From Hydrogenophaga sp. (GTDB lineage: Bacteria; Pseudomonadota; Gammaproteobacteria; Burkholderiales; Burkholderiaceae_C): DNA of 64,000 bases. A program made the translations under genes and the position numbers. The notes under the pieces were generated by a model. That model made no database searches, was not told the origin of the DNA, and saw only the letters and a program-made list of their open reading frames with translations. This document shows, one piece after another, positions 61,276 to 64,000 of the stretch (positions are counted from its first letter, which is position 1; every line of letters starts with the position of its first letter). The stretch is taken from the NCBI GenBank assembly GCA_030653975.1, contig JAURYH010000051.1, forward strand, positions 7,811 to 71,810, written 5' to 3'.

Positions 61276-62105
61276 ATGGCGGCGAGTTTCGGCAATGCGA
61301 TCAAGGCGTTGGCACTGCTCGCCCGGGCCAGCGCATCACCAGACACCCCGCGCAAATCCGCCAACACCTGCCCGATGCGCGGCAACTCGGCGGGGGTGTT
61401 CACGCCCTGCGGCCGACCCGTGGCGCGTTCGTTGGCCGTCGCATACAGCCAGTGCGGCGGGATGTCGGGTGCGTCGGTCTCCATCACCAGCGCCGACAGC
61501 GGCAGTTCGGCAGCCAGGCGACGCAATTTCAGCGCCGGATCGAACGTGACCGCGCCGCCAAACCCGAGCTTGAAACCCAGGTCCAGGAAAGCCTGCGCCT
61601 GTTGCGCGCTGCCGTTGAAGGCGTGCGCAATGCCGCCCGCCACCGGCAACTCGCGCAACGCGCCCAGCAAGGCGTCGGCGCTGCGCCGCACATGCAGGAT
61701 CGCCGGCAGGCCGTGCTTGCGCGCCAGCCGCAGCTGTGCGCGGTAGAAGCGGGTCTGGCGTTCGCGCATGGCGGGCTCGCACAGCGCGGGCACGAAAAAG
61801 TCCAGCCCGATCTCGCCCACGGCCACCAGCCGCGGATCGTCGCGGTGTTCGGTCAGCGCCGCGTCCAGCGCATCCAGGTCTTCGTCCCGCGCCTGTGGCA
61901 CGTACAGCGGGTGGATGCCCAGCGCATAGGCATCGCCCAGGCGGTGCGCCAGCCGCCGCACGGTGTCGAAATTGCCGCGCTCCACCGCCGGAATCACGCA
62001 GAGCGCCACACCCAGTCCGCGCGCGCGCTCGCGCGCCTCCACCGCCAGCGCGTGCTCAGCGCCGAATTCGGGTGCGTCGAGATGGCAATGGGTGTCGATC
62101 CACAT
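61248..62105 (-). CDS. TatD-family hydrolase
   Basis: IDTHCHLD, VGEIGLD, LHVR, AHAF and ETDAPD. Confidence 0.93.
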   Translation of the reverse strand: MWIDTHCHLDAPEFGAEHALAVEARERARGLGVALCVIPAVERGNFDTVRRLAHRLGDAYALGIHPLYVPQARDEDLDALDAALTEHRDDPRLVAVGEIGLDFFVPALCEPAMRERQTRFYRAQLRLARKHGLPAILHVRRSADALLGALRELPVAGGIAHAFNGSAQQAQAFLDLGFKLGFGGAVTFDPALKLRRLAAELPLSALVMETDAPDIPPHWLYATANERATGRPQGVNTPAELPRIGQVLADLRGVSGDALARASSANALIALPKLAAMWPPAGAGA

Positions 62106-62181
62106 GGCGGTATAACGGCGATTGTGCCGCCTGGTCTGCGCCCGAGAGTGGGCGCCACAGGCTCAACCCCGGAGAATCACC

Positions 62182-62628
62182 ATGAACACCGCGCCCCTCC
62201 CCCTGTTTCGCCCTCTTGCCTGGCCGGGCCTGTTGCTGGCGGTTTCCCTGGCCGCCTGTGCCGGCCAGCCCGCCACCGCGCCCGCCCCGGCCTCGCTCAC
62301 GGGCACCGAATGGCGGCTCGAAGCCCTGGGCGACAGCGCGGTGATGGAACGCTCGCAGGCGACGCTGGCCTTTCCCGAGACCGGTCAAGTCGCCGGCAAC
62401 GGTTCGTGCAACCGCTTCTTCGGCTCGGTCCGGATCACCCAGGGCCAGATCGGCTTCGACCAGATGGGTTCGACCAAGATGGCCTGCATGGGGCCGGCGA
62501 ACGAGCAGGAGGCCCGCTACCTCGCCGCCTTGCAGAAGGCCGAACGCTACGAGGTGCAGGGCCGCACGCTGCTGATCCACGTGCAGGGCATGGCGCAGCC
62601 GCTGCGCTTCGTCCAGACCCGGCCCTGA
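62182..62628 (+). CDS. META-domain lipoprotein (HslJ-like)
   Basis: Lipobox LAAC; GNGSCNRFFG and STKMAC. Confidence 0.88.
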   Translation: MNTAPLPLFRPLAWPGLLLAVSLAACAGQPATAPAPASLTGTEWRLEALGDSAVMERSQATLAFPETGQVAGNGSCNRFFGSVRITQGQIGFDQMGSTKMACMGPANEQEARYLAALQKAERYEVQGRTLLIHVQGMAQPLRFVQTRP

Positions 62629-62632
62629 ACCT

Positions 62633-63314
<682 letters not shown>

Positions 63315-63322
<8 letters not shown>

Positions 63323-64000
63323 AACGCAGCGCCTCCGCGGGGTTCACGCGGCTCGCACGCCAGCTCGGATAAATGGTCGCCACAAACGACAGCACCAGCG
63401 ATATCAGCCCCACCGGCAGGATGTCGGCCTGTTGCGGATCGCTGGGCATGCGGCTGATGAGGTACACGTCCTGTGGCAGGAAGCTCGCGCCCAGCAGGCG
63501 TTCCAGCGCGGGCACGAGGGTGTCGATGTTGAAGGCCACACCCAGCCCCAGCAGCAGCCCGGCACCGGTGCCGATGATGCCCACCATCGCGCCCTGCACC
63601 ATGAAGATGCCCATGATGCTCTGCGGGCTCGCGCCCAACGTGCGCAGGATGGCGATGTCGGCGCGTTTGTCGGTCACTGTCATCACCAGCGTGGACACGA
63701 GGTTGAACGCCGCCACGGCCACGATCAGCGTGAGGATGATGAACATCATGCGTTTTTCCAGCTGAACCGCCGCGAACCAGCTGCGGTTCTGCCGCGTCCA
63801 GTCGCGCACCAGCAGGCCCGGATCGAGGTCGGCGGCGATGGCGATCGCCACCTCGCGCGCCGCGTGCAGGTCCTTGATCTTCACGCGCACACCGGTCGGC
63901 CCTTCGACGCGGAAGATGCGCGCGGCGTCTTCCTGGTGCAGCAGGGCCAGCGCCGAGTCGTATTCGAAGTGGCCCGAATCGAAAGTGCCGACCACCGTCA
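63315..64000 (-). CDS. Lipoprotein-releasing permease LolC/E (5' end outside the window)
   Basis: [31 protein letters not shown] and [17 protein letters not shown]. Confidence 0.93.

Overview
High-GC betaproteobacterial chromosome segment; the gene content suggests Comamonadaceae (inference). Left to right: a 5'-truncated type I restriction-modification locus (hsdR-hsdM-hsdS) followed by a RhuM-family gene; a transporter-fused hybrid histidine kinase and LuxR-type regulator; a SHOCT-domain gene interrupted by one in-frame TGA; a urease cluster (ureA, small ORF, ureB, ureC, ureE, ureF, ureG; no ureD seen); tRNA-Ser(TGA) followed by an AT-richer cheB/cheR-PAS islet; rpoH preceded by a perfect CIRCE box; then mostly core genes (lysS, livHMGF, rarA, lolA, ftsK, crp-like, trxB, rpmB, rpmG, desaturase, rsmB-like, prfC, purN, two acyl-CoA dehydrogenases, HNH, ribF, ileS, lspA and others, ending in lolD and a partial lolC/E). 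The most unusual signal is non-coding. Four copies of a ~50-60 nt conserved core are each enclosed by their own unrelated ~22-23 bp inverted arms and occur as convergent pairs at two loci. Several other structured palindromic repeat families are present, one showing compensatory changes and one lying in-frame inside the kinase gene. All gene calls come from motif recognition by eye; no searches were run.
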